Source: Auanema rhodensis
Taxonomy: Eukaryota > Animalia > Nematoda
DNA: 64,000 nucleotides
Direction: 5' to 3'
NCBI GenBank assembly: GCA_964057225.1
Contig: OZ059894.1
Coordinates: 18,910,001 to 18,974,000 of the forward strand
The notes beneath the pieces are model-generated. The model had not been told where the DNA came from. It saw only the letters and a program-made list of their open reading frames with translations, and made no database searches. Position 1 is the stretch's first letter, and each line of letters opens with the position of its first letter. The translations under genes were made by a program, and so were the position numbers. Of this stretch, positions 40,691 to 55,079 are shown one piece after another.

Positions 40691-43498
40691 TATAAGTGTA
40701 AACTTATATCAGTTGATATCTCGATGCCTTTTTAAGCTAGCGCAAATCTGATATCACAGATTGACGCAGCTTAACAATCCGCATCGAATGCACTATACTA
40801 CATTGAGAAACGCTTAATACAAAAATTAGTTATGATCGTTTGAAAAATGATGCATTAGTGTATGTTGAGTTTCCATGTACACTCAACATTGCTTCCAAAA
40901 ACATTTTGACAAAAATTTTTTCGAAAAATTTCAAAATAATTTAGCAAAAAGTAGATGTTTTTAGATTCCTTTTTTCAAGGCAAAGACGATGGACAATGTT
41001 ATTCGACGAAAAAATTAATTCTTCAGGGTGAAAATCGAGGATATAAGTGTGAACTTATATCAGTTGATATCTCGGTGCATTTTCAAGCTAGCGCAAATCT
41101 GATAACACAGATCGACGCAGCTTAAAAATCCGCATCGAATGCACTATACTACATTAAGAAACGCTTAAAACAAAAATTAGTTATGATCGTTTGAAAAATG
41201 ATGCATTAGTGTATGTTGAGTTTCCATGTACACTCAACATTGCTTCCAAAAACATTTTGACAAAAATTTTTTCGAAAAATTTCAAAATAATTTAGCAAAA
41301 AGTAGATGTTTTTAGATTCCTTTTTTCAAGGCAAAGACGATGGACAATGTTATTCAACGAAAAAAATAATTCTTCAGGGTGAAAATCGAGGATATAAGTG
41401 TAAACTTATATCAGTTGATATCTCGGTGCATTTTTAAGCTAGCGCAAATCTGATAACACAGATCGACGCAGCTTAAAAATCCGCATCGAATGCACTATAC
41501 TACATTGAGAAAAGCTTAATACAAAAATTAGTTATGATCGTTTGAAAAATGATGCATTAGTGTATGTTGAGTTTCCATGTACACTCAACATTGCTTCCAA
41601 AAACATTTTGACAAAAATTTTTTCGAAAAATTTCAAAATAATTTAGCAAAAAGTAGATGTTTTTAGATTCCTTTTTTCAAGGCAAAGACGATGGACAATG
41701 TTATTCAACGAAAAAATTAATTCTTCAGGGTGAAAATCGAGGATATAAGTGTAAACTTATATCAGTTGATATCTCGATGCATTTTTAAGCTAGCGCAAAT
41801 CTGATATCACAGATTGACGCAGCTTAACAATCCGCATCGAATGCACTATACTACATTGAGAAACGCTTAATACAAAAATTAGTTATGATCGTTTGAAAAA
41901 TGATGCATTAGTGTATGTTGAGTTTCCATGTACACTCAACATTGCTTCCAAAAACATTTTGACAAAAATTTTTTCGAAAAATTTCAAAATAATTTAGCAA
42001 AAAGTAGATGTTTTTAGATTCCTTTTTTCAAGGCAAAGACGATGGACAATGTTATTCGACGAAAAAATTAATTCTTCAGGGTGAAAATCGAGGATATAAG
42101 TGTGAACTTATATCAGTTGATATCTCGGTGCATTTTCAAGCTAGCGCAAATCTGATAACACAGATCGACGCAGCTTAAAAATCCGCATCGAATGCACTAT
42201 ACTACATTAAGAAACGCTTAAAACAAAAATTAGTTATGATCGTTTGAAAAATGATGCATTAGTGTATGTTGAGTTTCCATGTACACTCAACATTGCTTCC
42301 AAAAACATTTTGACAAAAATTTTTTCGAAAAATTTCAAAATAATTTAGCAAAAAGTAGATGTTTTTAGATTCCTTTTTTCAAGGCAAAGACGATGGACAA
42401 TGTTATTCAACGAAAAAAATAATTCTTCAGGGTGAAAATCGAGGATATAAGTGTAAACTTATATCAGTTGATATCTCGGTGCATTTTTAAGCTAGCGCAA
42501 ATCTGATAACACAGATCGACGCAGCTTAAAAATCCGCATCGAATGCACTATACTACATTGAGAAAAGCTTAATACAAAAATTAGTTATGATCGTTTGAAA
42601 AATGATGCATTAGTGTATGTTGAGTTTCCATGTACACTCAACATTGCTTCCAAAAACATTTTGACAAAAATTTTTTCGAAAAATTTCAAAATAATTTAGC
42701 AAAAAGTAGATGTTTTTAGATTCCTTTTTTCAAGGCAAAGACGATGGACAATGTTATTCAACGAAAAAATTAATTCTTCAGGGTGAAAATCGAGGATATA
42801 AGTGTAAACTTATATCAGTTGATATCTCGATGCATTTTTAAGCTAGCGCAAATCTGATATCACAGATTGACGCAGCTTAACAATCCGCATCGAATGCACT
42901 ATACTACATTGAGAAACGCTTAATACAAAAATTAGTTATGATCGTTTGAAAAATGATGCATTAGTGTATGTTGAGTTTCCATGTACACTCAACATTGCTT
43001 CCAAAAACATTTTGACAAAAATTTTTTCGAAAAATTTCAAAATAATTTAGCAAAAAGTAGATGTTTTTAGATTCCTTTTTTCAAGGCAAAGACGATGGAC
43101 AATGTTATTCGACGAAAAAATTAATTCTTCAGGGTGAAAATCGAGGATATAAGTGTGAACTTATATCAGTTGATATCTCGGTGCATTTTCAAGCTAGCGC
43201 AAATCTGATAACACAGATCGACGCAGCTTAAAAATCCGCATCGAATGCACTATACTACATTAAGAAACGCTTAAAACAAAAATTAGTTATGATCGTTTGA
43301 AAAATGATGCATTAGTGTATGTTGAGTTTCCATGTACACTCAACATTGCTTCCAAAAACATTTTGACAAAAATTTTTTCGAAAAATTTCAAAATAATTTA
43401 GCAAAAAGTAGATGTTTTTAGATTCCTTTTTTCAAGGCAAAGACGATGGACAATGTTATTCAACGAAAAAAATAATTCTTCAGGGTGAAAATCGAGGA
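40691..43498 (+). repeat. 3-mer higher-order repeat (C-ABC-ABC-A, period 1053 bp)
   Basis: A (TTTTCAAG, CATTAAG, CTTAAAAC) at 41042, 42095, 43148. B (GAGAAAAGC) at 41393, 42446. C (TCGATGC, GATATCAC, CAGATTG, TTAACAAT, TTCGAC) at 40691, 41744, 42797. Confidence 0.88.
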
Positions 43499-46400
43499 TA
43501 TAAGTGTAAACTTATATCAGTTGATATCTCGGTGCATTTTTAAGCTAGCGCAAATCTGATAACACAGATCGACGCAGCTTAAAAATCCGCATCGAATGCA
43601 CTATACTACATTGAGAAACGCTTAATACAAAAATTAGTTATGATCGTTTGAAAAATGATGCATTAGTGTATGTTGAGTTTCCATGTACACTCAACATTGC
43701 TTCCAAAAACATTTTGACAAAAATTTTTTCGAAAAATTTCAAAATAATTTAGCAAAAAGTAGATGTTTTTAGATTCCTTTTTTTAAGGCAAAGACGATGG
43801 ACAATGTTATTCAACGAAAAAATTAATTCTTCAGGGTGAAAATCGAGGATATAAGTGTGAACTTATATCAGTTGATATCTCGGTGCATTTTTAAGCTAGC
43901 GCAAATCTGATAACACAGATCGACGCAGCTTAAAAATCCGCATCGAATGCACTATACTACATTGAGAAACGCTTAATACAAAAATTAGTTATGATCGTTT
44001 GAAAAATGATGCATTAGTGTATGTTGAGTTTCCATGTACACTCAACATTGCTTCCAAAAACATTTTGACAAAAATTTTTTCGAAAAATTTCAAAATAATT
44101 TAGCAAAAAGTAGATGTTTTTAGATTCCTTTTTTCAAGGCAAAGACGATGGACAATGTTATTCAACGAAAAAATTAATTCTTCACGGTGAAAATCGAGGA
44201 TATAAGTGTGAACTTATATCAGTTGATATCTCGGTGCATTTTTAAGCTAGCGCAAATCTGATAACACAGATCGACGCAGCTTAAAAATCCGCATCGAATG
44301 CACTATACTACATTGAGAAACGCTTAATACAAAAATTAGTTATGATCGTTTGAAAAATGATGCATTAGTGTATGTTGAGTTTCCATGTACACTCAACATT
44401 GCTTCCAAAAACATTTTGACAAAAATTTTTTCGAAAAATTTCAAAATAATTTAGCAAAAAGTAGATGTTTTTAGATTCCTTTTTTCAAGGCAAAGACGAT
44501 GGACAATGTTATTCAACGAAAAAAATAATTCTTCAGGGTGAAAATCGAGGATATAAGTGTAAACTTATATCAGTTGATATCTCGGTGCATTTTTAAGCTA
44601 GCGCAAATCTGATAACACAGATCGACGCAGCTTAAAAATCCGCATCGAATGCACTATACTACATTGAGAAACGCTTAATACAAAAATTAGTTATGATCGT
44701 TTGAAAAATGATGCATTAGTGTATGTTGAGTTTCCATGTACACTCAACATTGCTTCCAAAAACATTTTGACAAAAATTTTTTCGAAAAATTTCAAAATAA
44801 TTTAGCAAAAAGTAGATGTTTTTAGATTCCTTTTTTTAAGGCAAAGACGATGGACAATGTTATTCAACGAAAAAATTAATTCTTCAGGGTGAAAATCGAG
44901 GATATAAGTGTGAACTTATATCAGTTGATATCTCGGTGCATTTTTAAGCTAGCGCAAATCTGATAACACAGATCGACGCAGCTTAAAAATCCGCATCGAA
45001 TGCACTATACTACATTGAGAAACGCTTAATACAAAAATTAGTTATGATCGTTTGAAAAATGATGCATTAGTGTATGTTGAGTTTCCATGTACACTCAACA
45101 TTGCTTCCAAAAACATTTTGACAAAAATTTTTTCGAAAAATTTCAAAATAATTTAGCAAAAAGTAGATGTTTTTAGATTCCTTTTTTCAAGGCAAAGACG
45201 ATGGACAATGTTATTCAACGAAAAAATTAATTCTTCACGGTGAAAATCGAGGATATAAGTGTAAACTTATATCAGTTGATATCTCGATGCATTTTTAAGC
45301 TAGCGCAAATCTGATATCACAGATTGACGCAGCTTAACAATCCGCATCGAATGCACTATACTACATTGAGAAACGCTTAATACAAAAATTAGTTATGATC
45401 GTTTGAAAAATGATGCATTAGTGTATGTTGAGTTTCCATGTACACTCAACATTGCTTCCAAAAACATTTTGACAAAAATTTTTTCGAAAAATTTCAAAAT
45501 AATTTAGCAAAAAGTAGATGTTTTTAGATTCCTTTTTTCAAGGCAAAGACGATGGACAATGTTATTCGACGAAAAAATTAATTCTTCAGGGTGAAAATCG
45601 AGGATATAAGTGTGAACTTATATCAGTTGATATCTCGGTGCATTTTCAAGCTAGCGCAAATCTGATAACACAGATCGACGCAGCTTAAAAATCCGCATCG
45701 AATGCACTATACTACATTAAGAAACGCTTAAAACAAAAATTAGTTATGATCGTTTGAAAAATGATGCATTAGTGTATGTTGAGTTTCCATGTACACTCAA
45801 CATTGCTTCCAAAAACATTTTGACAAAAATTTTTTCGAAAAATTTCAAAATAATTTAGCAAAAAGTAGATGTTTTTAGATTCCTTTTTTCAAGGCAAAGA
45901 CGATGGACAATGTTATTCAACGAAAAAAATAATTCTTCAGGGTGAAAATCGAGGATATAAGTGTAAACTTATATCAGTTGATATCTCGGTGCATTTTTAA
46001 GCTAGCGCAAATCTGATAACACAGATCGACGCAGCTTAAAAATCCGCATCGAATGCACTATACTACATTGAGAAACGCTTAATACAAAAATTAGTTATGA
46101 TCGTTTGAAAAATGATGCATTAGTGTATGTTGAGTTTCCATGTACACTCAACATTGCTTCCAAAAACATTTTGACAAAAATTTTTTCGAAAAATTTCAAA
46201 ATAATTTAGCAAAAAGTAGATGTTTTTAGATTCCTTTTTTTAAGGCAAAGACGATGGACAATGTTATTCAACGAAAAAATTAATTCTTCAGGGTGAAAAT
46301 CGAGGATATAAGTGTGAACTTATATCAGTTGATATCTCGGTGCATTTTTAAGCTAGCGCAAATCTGATAACACAGATCGACGCAGCTTAAAAATCCGCAT

Positions 46401-47710
46401 CGAATGCACTATACTACATTGAGAAACGCTTAATACAAAAATTAGTTATGATCGTTTGAAAAATGATGCATTAGTGTATGTTGAGTTTCCATGTACACTC
46501 AACATTGCTTCCAAAAACATTTTGACAAAAATTTTTTCGAAAAATTTCAAAATAATTTAGCAAAAAGTAGATGTTTTTAGATTCCTTTTTTCAAGGCAAA
46601 GACGATGGACAATGTTATTCAACGAAAAAATTAATTCTTCACGGTGAAAATCGAGGATATAAGTGTGAACTTATATCAGTTGATATCTCGGTGCATTTTT
46701 AAGCTAGCGCAAATCTGATAACACAGATCGACGCAGCTTAAAAATCCGCATCGAATGCACTATACTACATTGAGAAACGCTTAATACAAAAATTAGTTAT
46801 GATCGTTTGAAAAATGATGCATTAGTGTATGTTGAGTTTCCATGTACACTCAACATTGCTTCCAAAAACATTTTGACAAAAATTTTTTCGAAAAATTTCA
46901 AAATAATTTAGCAAAAAGTAGATGTTTTTAGATTCCTTTTTTCAAGGCAAAGACGATGGACAATGTTATTCAACGAAAAAAATAATTCTTCAGGGTGAAA
47001 ATCGAGGATATAAGTGTAAACTTATATCAGTTGATATCTCGGTGCATTTTTAAGCTAGCGCAAATCTGATAACACAGATCGACGCAGCTTAAAAATCCGC
47101 ATCGAATGCACTATACTACATTGAGAAACGCTTAATACAAAAATTAGTTATGATCGTTTGAAAAATGATGCATTAGTGTATGTTGAGTTTCCATGTACAC
47201 TCAACATTGCTTCCAAAAACATTTTGACAAAAATTTTTTCGAAAAATTTCAAAATAATTTAGCAAAAAGTAGATGTTTTTAGATTCCTTTTTTTAAGGCA
47301 AAGACGATGGACAATGTTATTCAACGAAAAAATTAATTCTTCAGGGTGAAAATCGAGGATATAAGTGTGAACTTATATCAGTTGATATCTCGGTGCATTT
47401 TTAAGCTAGCGCAAATCTGATAACACAGATCGACGCAGCTTAAAAATCCGCATCGAATGCACTATACTACATTGAGAAACGCTTAATACAAAAATTAGTT
47501 ATGATCGTTTGAAAAATGATGCATTAGTGTATGTTGAGTTTCCATGTACACTCAACATTGCTTCCAAAAACATTTTGACAAAAATTTTTTCGAAAAATTT
47601 CAAAATAATTTAGCAAAAAGTAGATGTTTTTAGATTCCTTTTTTCAAGGCAAAGACGATGGACAATGTTATTCAACGAAAAAATTAATTCTTCACGGTGA
47701 AAATCGAGGA
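42797..47710 (+). repeat. Tandem 7-mer (2457-bp) higher-order duplication, C-A-D-E-F-D-E x2
   Basis: D (TTTTTTTAAGG) at 43499, 44552, 45956, 47009. E (TTCACGG) at 43850, 44903, 46307, 47360. C and A at 42797/43148 and 45254/45605. Confidence 0.88.
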
Positions 47711-48763
47711 TATAAGTGTGAACTTATATCAGTTGATATCTCGGTGCATTTTTAAGCTAGCGCAAATCTGATAACACAGATCGACGCAGCTTAAAAATCC
47801 GCATCGAATGCACTATACTACATTGAGAAACGCTTAATACAAAAATTAGTTATGATCGTTTGAAAAATGATGCATTAGTGTATGTTGAGTTTCTATGTAC
47901 ACTCAACATTGCTTCCAAAAACATTTTGACAAAAATTTTTTCGAAAAATTTCAAAATAATTTAGCAAAAAGTAGATGTTTTTAGATTCCTTTTTTCAAGG
48001 CAAAGACGATGGACAATGTTATTCAACGAAAAAATTAATTCTTCAGGGTGAAAATCGAGGATATAAGTGTGAACTTATATCAGTTGATATCTCGGTGCAT
48101 TTTTAAGCTAGCGCAAATCTGATAACACAGATCGACGCAGCTTAAAAATCCGCATCGAATGCACTATACTACATTGAGAAACGCTTAATACAAAAATTAG
48201 TTATGATCGTTTGAAAAATGATGCATTAGTGTATGTTGAGTTTCCATGTACACTCAACATTGCTTCCAAAAACATTTTGACAAAATTTTTTTCGAAAAAT
48301 TTCAAAATAATTTAGCAAAAAGTAGATGTTTTTAGATTCCTTTTTTCAAGGCAAAGACGATGGACAATGTTATTCAACGAAAAAATTAATTCTTCAGGGT
48401 GAAAATCGAGGATATAAGTGTAAACTTATATCAGTTGATATCTCGGTGCATTTTTAAGCTAGCGCAAATCTGATAACACAGATCGACGCAGCTTAACAAT
48501 CCGCATCGAATGCACTATACTACATTGAGAAACGCTTAATACAAAAATTAGTTATGATCGTTTGAAAAATGATGCATTAGTGTATGTTGAGTTTCCATGT
48601 ACACTCAACATTGCTTCCAAAAACATTTTGACAAAAATTTTTTCGAAAAATTTCAAAATAATTTAGCAAAAAGTAGATGTTTTTAGATTCCTTTTTTCAA
48701 GGCAAAGACGATGGACAATGTTATTCAACGAAAAAATTAATTCTTCAGGGTGAAAATCGAGGA

Positions 48764-49113
48764 TATAAGTGTGAACTTATATCAGTTGATATCTCGGTGC
48801 ATTTTCAAGCTAGCGCAAATCTGATAACACAGATCGACGCAGCTTAAAAATCCGCATCGAATGCACTATACTACATTAAGAAACGCTTAAAACAAAAATT
48901 AGTTATGATCGTTTGAAAATGATGCATTAGTGTATGTTGAGTTTCCATGTACACTCAACATTGCTTCCAAAAACATTTTGACAAAAATTTTTTCGAAAAA
49001 TTTCAAAATAATTTAGCAAAAAGTAGATGTTTTTAGATTCCTTTTTTCAAGGCAAAGACGATGGACAATGTTATTCAACGAAAAAATTAATTCTTCAGGG
49101 TGAAAATCGAGGA
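48764..49113 (+). repeat. 350-bp monomer (1-bp A-run deletion, TTGAAAATGATG); sister copy at 51220-51569
   Basis: Register shifts by -1; both copies are type-A monomers. Confidence 0.9.
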
Positions 49114-52100
49114 TATAAGTGTAAACTTATATCAGTTGATATCTCGGTGCATTTTTAAGCTAGCGCAAATCTGATAACACAGATCGACGCAGCTTAACAA
49201 TCCGCATCGAATGCACTATACTACATTGAGAAACGCTTAATACAAAAATTAGTTATGATCGTTTGAAAAATGATGCATTAGTGTATGTTGAGTTTCCATG
49301 TACACTCAACATTGCTTCCAAAAACATTTTGACAAAAATTTTTTCGAAAAATTTCAAAATAATTTAGCAAAAAGTAGATGTTTTTAGATTCCTTTTTTCA
49401 AGGCAAAGACGATGGACAATGTTATTCAACGAAAAAATTAATTCTTCAGGGTGAAAATCGAGGATATAAGTGTGAACTTATATCAGTTGATATCTCGGTG
49501 CATTTTTAAGCTAGCGCAAATCTGATAACACAGATCGACGCAGCTTAAAAATCCGCATCGAATGCACTATACTACATTGAGAAACGCTTAATACAAAAAT
49601 TAGTTATGATCGTTTGAAAAATGATGCATTAGTGTATGTTGAGTTTCCATGTACACTCAACATTGCTTCCAAAAACATTTTGACAAAAATTTTTTCGAAA
49701 AATTTCAAAATAATTTAGCAAAAAGTAGATGTTTTTAGATTCCTTTTTTCAAGGCAAAGACGATGGACAATGTTATTCAACGAAAAAATTAATTCTTCAG
49801 GGTGAAAATCGAGGATATAAGTGTAAACTTATATCAGTTGATATCTCGATGCATTTTTAAGCTAGCGCAAATCTGATATCACAGATCGACGCAGCTTAAC
49901 AATCCGCATCGAATGCACTATACTACATTGAGAAACGCTTAATACAAAAATTAGTTATGATCGTTTGAAAAATGATGCATTAGTGTATGTTGAGTTTCCA
50001 TGTACACTCAACATTGCTTCCAAAAACATTTTGACAAAAATTTTTTCGAAAAATTTCAAAATAATTTAGCAAAAAGTAGATGTTTTTAGATTCCTTTTTT
50101 CAAGGCAAAGACGATGGACAATGTTATTCAACGAAAAAATTAATTCTTCAGGGTGAAAATCGAGGATATAAGTGTGAACTTATATCAGTTGATATCTCGG
50201 TGCATTTTCAAGCTAGCGCAAATCTGATAACACAGATCGACGCAGCTTAACAATCCGCATCGAATGCACTATACTACATTGAGAAACGCTTAATACAAAA
50301 ATTAGTTATGATCGTTTGAAAAATGATGCATTAGTGTATGTTGAGTTTCCATGTACACTCAACATTGCTTCCAAAAACATTTTGACAAAAATTTTTTCGA
50401 AAAATTTCAAAATAATTTAGCAAAAAGTAGATGTTTTTAGATTCCTTTTTTCAAGGCAAAGACGATGGACAATGTTATTCAACGAAAAAATTAATTCTTC
50501 AGGGTGAAAATCGAGGATATAAGTGTGAACTTATATCAGTTGATATCTCGGTGCATTTTTAAGCTAGCGCAAATCTGATAACACAGATCGACGCAGCTTA
50601 AAAATCCGCATCGAATGCACTATACTACATTGAGAAACGCTTAATACAAAAATTAGTTATGATCGTTTGAAAAATGATGCATTAGTGTATGTTGAGTTTC
50701 CATGTACACTCAACATTGCTTCCAAAAACATTTTGACAAAAATTTTTTCGAAAAATTTCAAAATAATTTAGCAAAAAGTAGATGTTTTTAGATTCCTTTT
50801 TTCAAGGCAAAGACGATGGACAATGTTATTCAACGAAAAAATTAATTCTTCAGGGTGAAAATCGAGGATATAAGTGTAAACTTATATCAGTTGATATCTC
50901 GATGCATTTTTAAGCTAGCGCAAATCTGATATCACAGATCGACGCAGCTTAACAATCCGCATCGAATGCACTATACTACATTGAGAAACGCTTAATACAA
51001 AAATTAGTTATGATCGTTTGAAAAATGATGCATTAGTGTATGTTGAGTTTCCATGTACACTCAACATTGCTTCCAAAAACATTTTGACAAAAATTTTTTC
51101 GAAAAATTTCAAAATAATTTAGCAAAAAGTAGATGTTTTTAGATTCCTTTTTTCAAGGCAAAGACGATGGACAATGTTATTCAACGAAAAAATTAATTCT
51201 TCAGGGTGAAAATCGAGGATATAAGTGTGAACTTATATCAGTTGATATCTCGGTGCATTTTCAAGCTAGCGCAAATCTGATAACACAGATCGACGCAGCT
51301 TAAAAATCCGCATCGAATGCACTATACTACATTAAGAAACGCTTAAAACAAAAATTAGTTATGATCGTTTGAAAATGATGCATTAGTGTATGTTGAGTTT
51401 CCATGTACACTCAACATTGCTTCCAAAAACATTTTGACAAAAATTTTTTCGAAAAATTTCAAAATAATTTAGCAAAAAGTAGATGTTTTTAGATTCCTTT
51501 TTTCAAGGCAAAGACGATGGACAATGTTATTCAACGAAAAAATTAATTCTTCAGGGTGAAAATCGAGGATATAAGTGTAAACTTATATCAGTTGATATCT
51601 CGGTGCATTTTTAAGCTAGCGCAAATCTGATAACACAGATCGACGCAGCTTAACAATCCGCATCGAATGCACTATACTACATTGAGAAACGCTTAATACA
51701 AAAATTAGTTATGATCGTTTGAAAAATGATGCATTAGTGTATGTTGAGTTTCCATGTACACTCAACATTGCTTCCAAAAACATTTTGACAAAAATTTTTT
51801 CGAAAAATTTCAAAATAATTTAGCAAAAAGTAAATGTTTTTAGATTCCTTTTTTCAAGGCAAAGACGATGGACAATGTTATTCAACGAAAAAATTGATTC
51901 TTCAGGGTGAAAATCGAGGATATAAGTGTGAACTTATATCAGTTGATATCTGGGTGCATTTTTAAGCTAGCGCAAATCTGATAACACAGATCGACGCAGC
52001 TTAAAAATCCGCATCGAATGCACTATACTACATTGAGAAACGCTTAATACAAAAATTAGTTATGATCGTTTGAAAAATGATGCATTAGTGTATGTTGAGT

Positions 52101-55079
52101 TTCCATGTACACTCAACATTGCTTCCAAAAACATTTTGACAAAAATTTTTTCGAAAAATTTCAAAATAATTTAGCAAAAAGTAGATGTTTTTAGATTCCT
52201 TTTTTCAAGGCAAAGACGATGGACAATGTTATTCAACGAAAAAATTGATTCTTCAGGGTGAAAATCGAGGATATAAGTGTGAACTTATATCAGTTGATAT
52301 CTGGGTGCATTTTTAAGCTAGCGCAAATCTGATAACACAGATCGACGCAGCTTAAAAATCCGCATCGAATGCACTATACTACATTGAGAAACGCTTAATA
52401 CAAAAATTAGTTATGATCGTTTGAAAAATGATCCATTAGTGTATGTTGAGTTTCCATGTACACTCAACATTGCTTCCAAAAACATTTTGACAAAAATTTT
52501 TTCGAAAAATTTCAAAATAATTTAGCAAAAAGTAAATGTTTTTAGATTCCTTTTTTCAAGGCAAAGACGATGGACAATGTTATTCAACGAAAAAATTGAT
52601 TCTTCAGGGTGAAAATCGAGGATATAAGTGTGAACTTATATCAGTTGATATCTGGGTGCATTTTTAAGCTAGCGCAAATCTGATAACACAGATCGACGCA
52701 GCTTAAAAATCCGCATCGAATGCACTATACTACATTGAGAAACGCTTAATACAAAAATTAGTTATGATCGTTTGAAAAATGATGCATTAGTGTATGTTGA
52801 GTTTCCATGTACACTCAACATTGCTTCCAAAAACATTTTGACAAAAATTTTTTCGAAAAATTTCAAAATAATTTAGCAAAAAGTAGATGTTTTTAGATTC
52901 CTTTTTTCAAGGCAAAGACGATGGACAATGTTATTCAACGAAAAAATTAATTCTTCAGGGTGAAAATCGAGGATATAAGTGTGAACTTATATCAGTTGAT
53001 ATCTGGGTGCATTTTTAAGCTAGCGCAAATCTGATAACACAGATCGACGCAGCTTAAAAATCCGTATCGAATGCAATATACTACATTGAGAAACGCTTAA
53101 TACAAAAATTAGTTATGATTGTTTGAAAAATGATCCATTAGTGTATGTTGAGTTTCCATGTACACTCAACATTGCTTCCAAAAACATTTTGACAAAAATT
53201 TTTTCGAAAAATTTCAAAATAATTTAGCAAAAAGTAAATGTTTTTAGATTCCTTTTTTCAAGGCAAAGACGATGGACAATGTTATTCAACGAAAAAATTG
53301 ATTCTTCAGGGTGAAAATCGAGGATATAAGTGTGAACTTATATCAGTTGATATCTGGGTGCATTTTTAAGCTAGCGCAAATCTGATAACACAGATCGACG
53401 CAGCTTAAAAATCCGCATCGAATGCACTATACTACATTGAGAAACGCTTAATACAAAAATTAGTTATGATCGTTCGAAAAATGATCCATTAGTGTATGTT
53501 GAGTTTCCATGTACACTCAACATTGCTTCCAAAAACATTTTGACAAAAATGTTTTCGAAAAATTTCAAAATAATTTAGCAAAAAGTAGATGTTTTTTGAT
53601 TCCTTTTTTCAAGGCAAAGACGATGGACAATGTTATTCAACGAAAAAATTAATTCTTCAGGGTGAAAATCGAGGATATAAGTGTGAACTTATATCAGTTG
53701 ATATCTCGGTGCATTTTTAAGCTAGCGCAAATCTGATAACACAGATCGACGCAGCTTAAAAATCCGCATCGAATGCACTATACTACATTGAGAAACGCTT
53801 AATACAAAAATTAGTTATGATCGTTTGAAAAATGATGCATTAGTGTATGTTGAGTTTCCATGTACACTCAACATTGCTTCCAAAAACATTTTGACAAACA
53901 TTTTTTCGAAAAATTTCAAAATAAATTAGCAAAAAGTAGATGTTTTTAGATTCCTTTTTTCAAGGCAAAGACGATGGACAATGTTATTCAACGAAAAAAT
54001 TAATTCTTCAGGGTGAAAATCGAGGATATAAGTGTGAACTTATATCAGTTGATATCTCGGTGCATTTTTAAGCTAGCGCAAATCTGATAACACAGATCGA
54101 CGCAGCTTAAAAATCCGCATCGAATGCACTATACTACATTGAGAAACGCTTAATACAAAAATTAGTTATGATCGTTTGAAAAATGATCCATTAGTGTATG
54201 TTGAGTTTCCATGTACACTCAACATTGCTTCCAAAAACATTTTGACAAACATTTTTTCGAAAAATTTCAAAATAAATTAGCAAAAAGTAGATGTTTTTAG
54301 ATTCCTTTTTTCAAGGCAAAGACGATGGACAATGTTATTCAACGAAAAAATTAATTCTTCAGGGTGAAAATCGAGGATATAAGTGTGAACTTATATCAGT
54401 TGATATCTCGGTGCATTTTTAAGCTAGCGCAAATCTGATAACACAGATCGACGCAGCTTAAAAATCCGCATCGAATGCACTATACTACATTGAGAAACGC
54501 TTAATACAAAAATTAGTTATGATCGTTTGAAAAATGATCCATTAGTGTATGTTGAGTTTCCATGTACACTCAACATTGCTTCCAAAAACATTTTGACAAA
54601 AATTTTTTCGAAAAATTTCGAAATAATTTAGCAAAAAGTAGATGTTTTTAGATTCCTTTTTTCAAGGCAAAGACGATGGACAATGTTATTCAACGAAAAA
54701 ATTAATTCTTCAGGGTGAAAATCGAGGATATAAGTGTGAACTTATATCAGTTGATATCTCGGTGCATTTTTAAGCTAGCGCAAATCTGATAACACAGATC
54801 GACGCAGCTTAAAAATCCGCATCGAATGCACTATACTACATTGAGAAACGCTTAATACAAAAATTAGTTATGATCGTTTGAAAAATGATCCATTAGTGTA
54901 TGTTGAGTTTCCATGTACACTCAACATTGCTTCCAAAAACATTTTGACAAAAATTTTTTCGAAAAATTTCGAAATAATTTAGCAAAAAGTAGATGTTTTT
55001 AGATTCCTTTTTTCAAGGCAAAGACGATGGACAATGTTATTCAACGAAAAAATTAATTCTTCAGGGTGAAAATCGAGGA

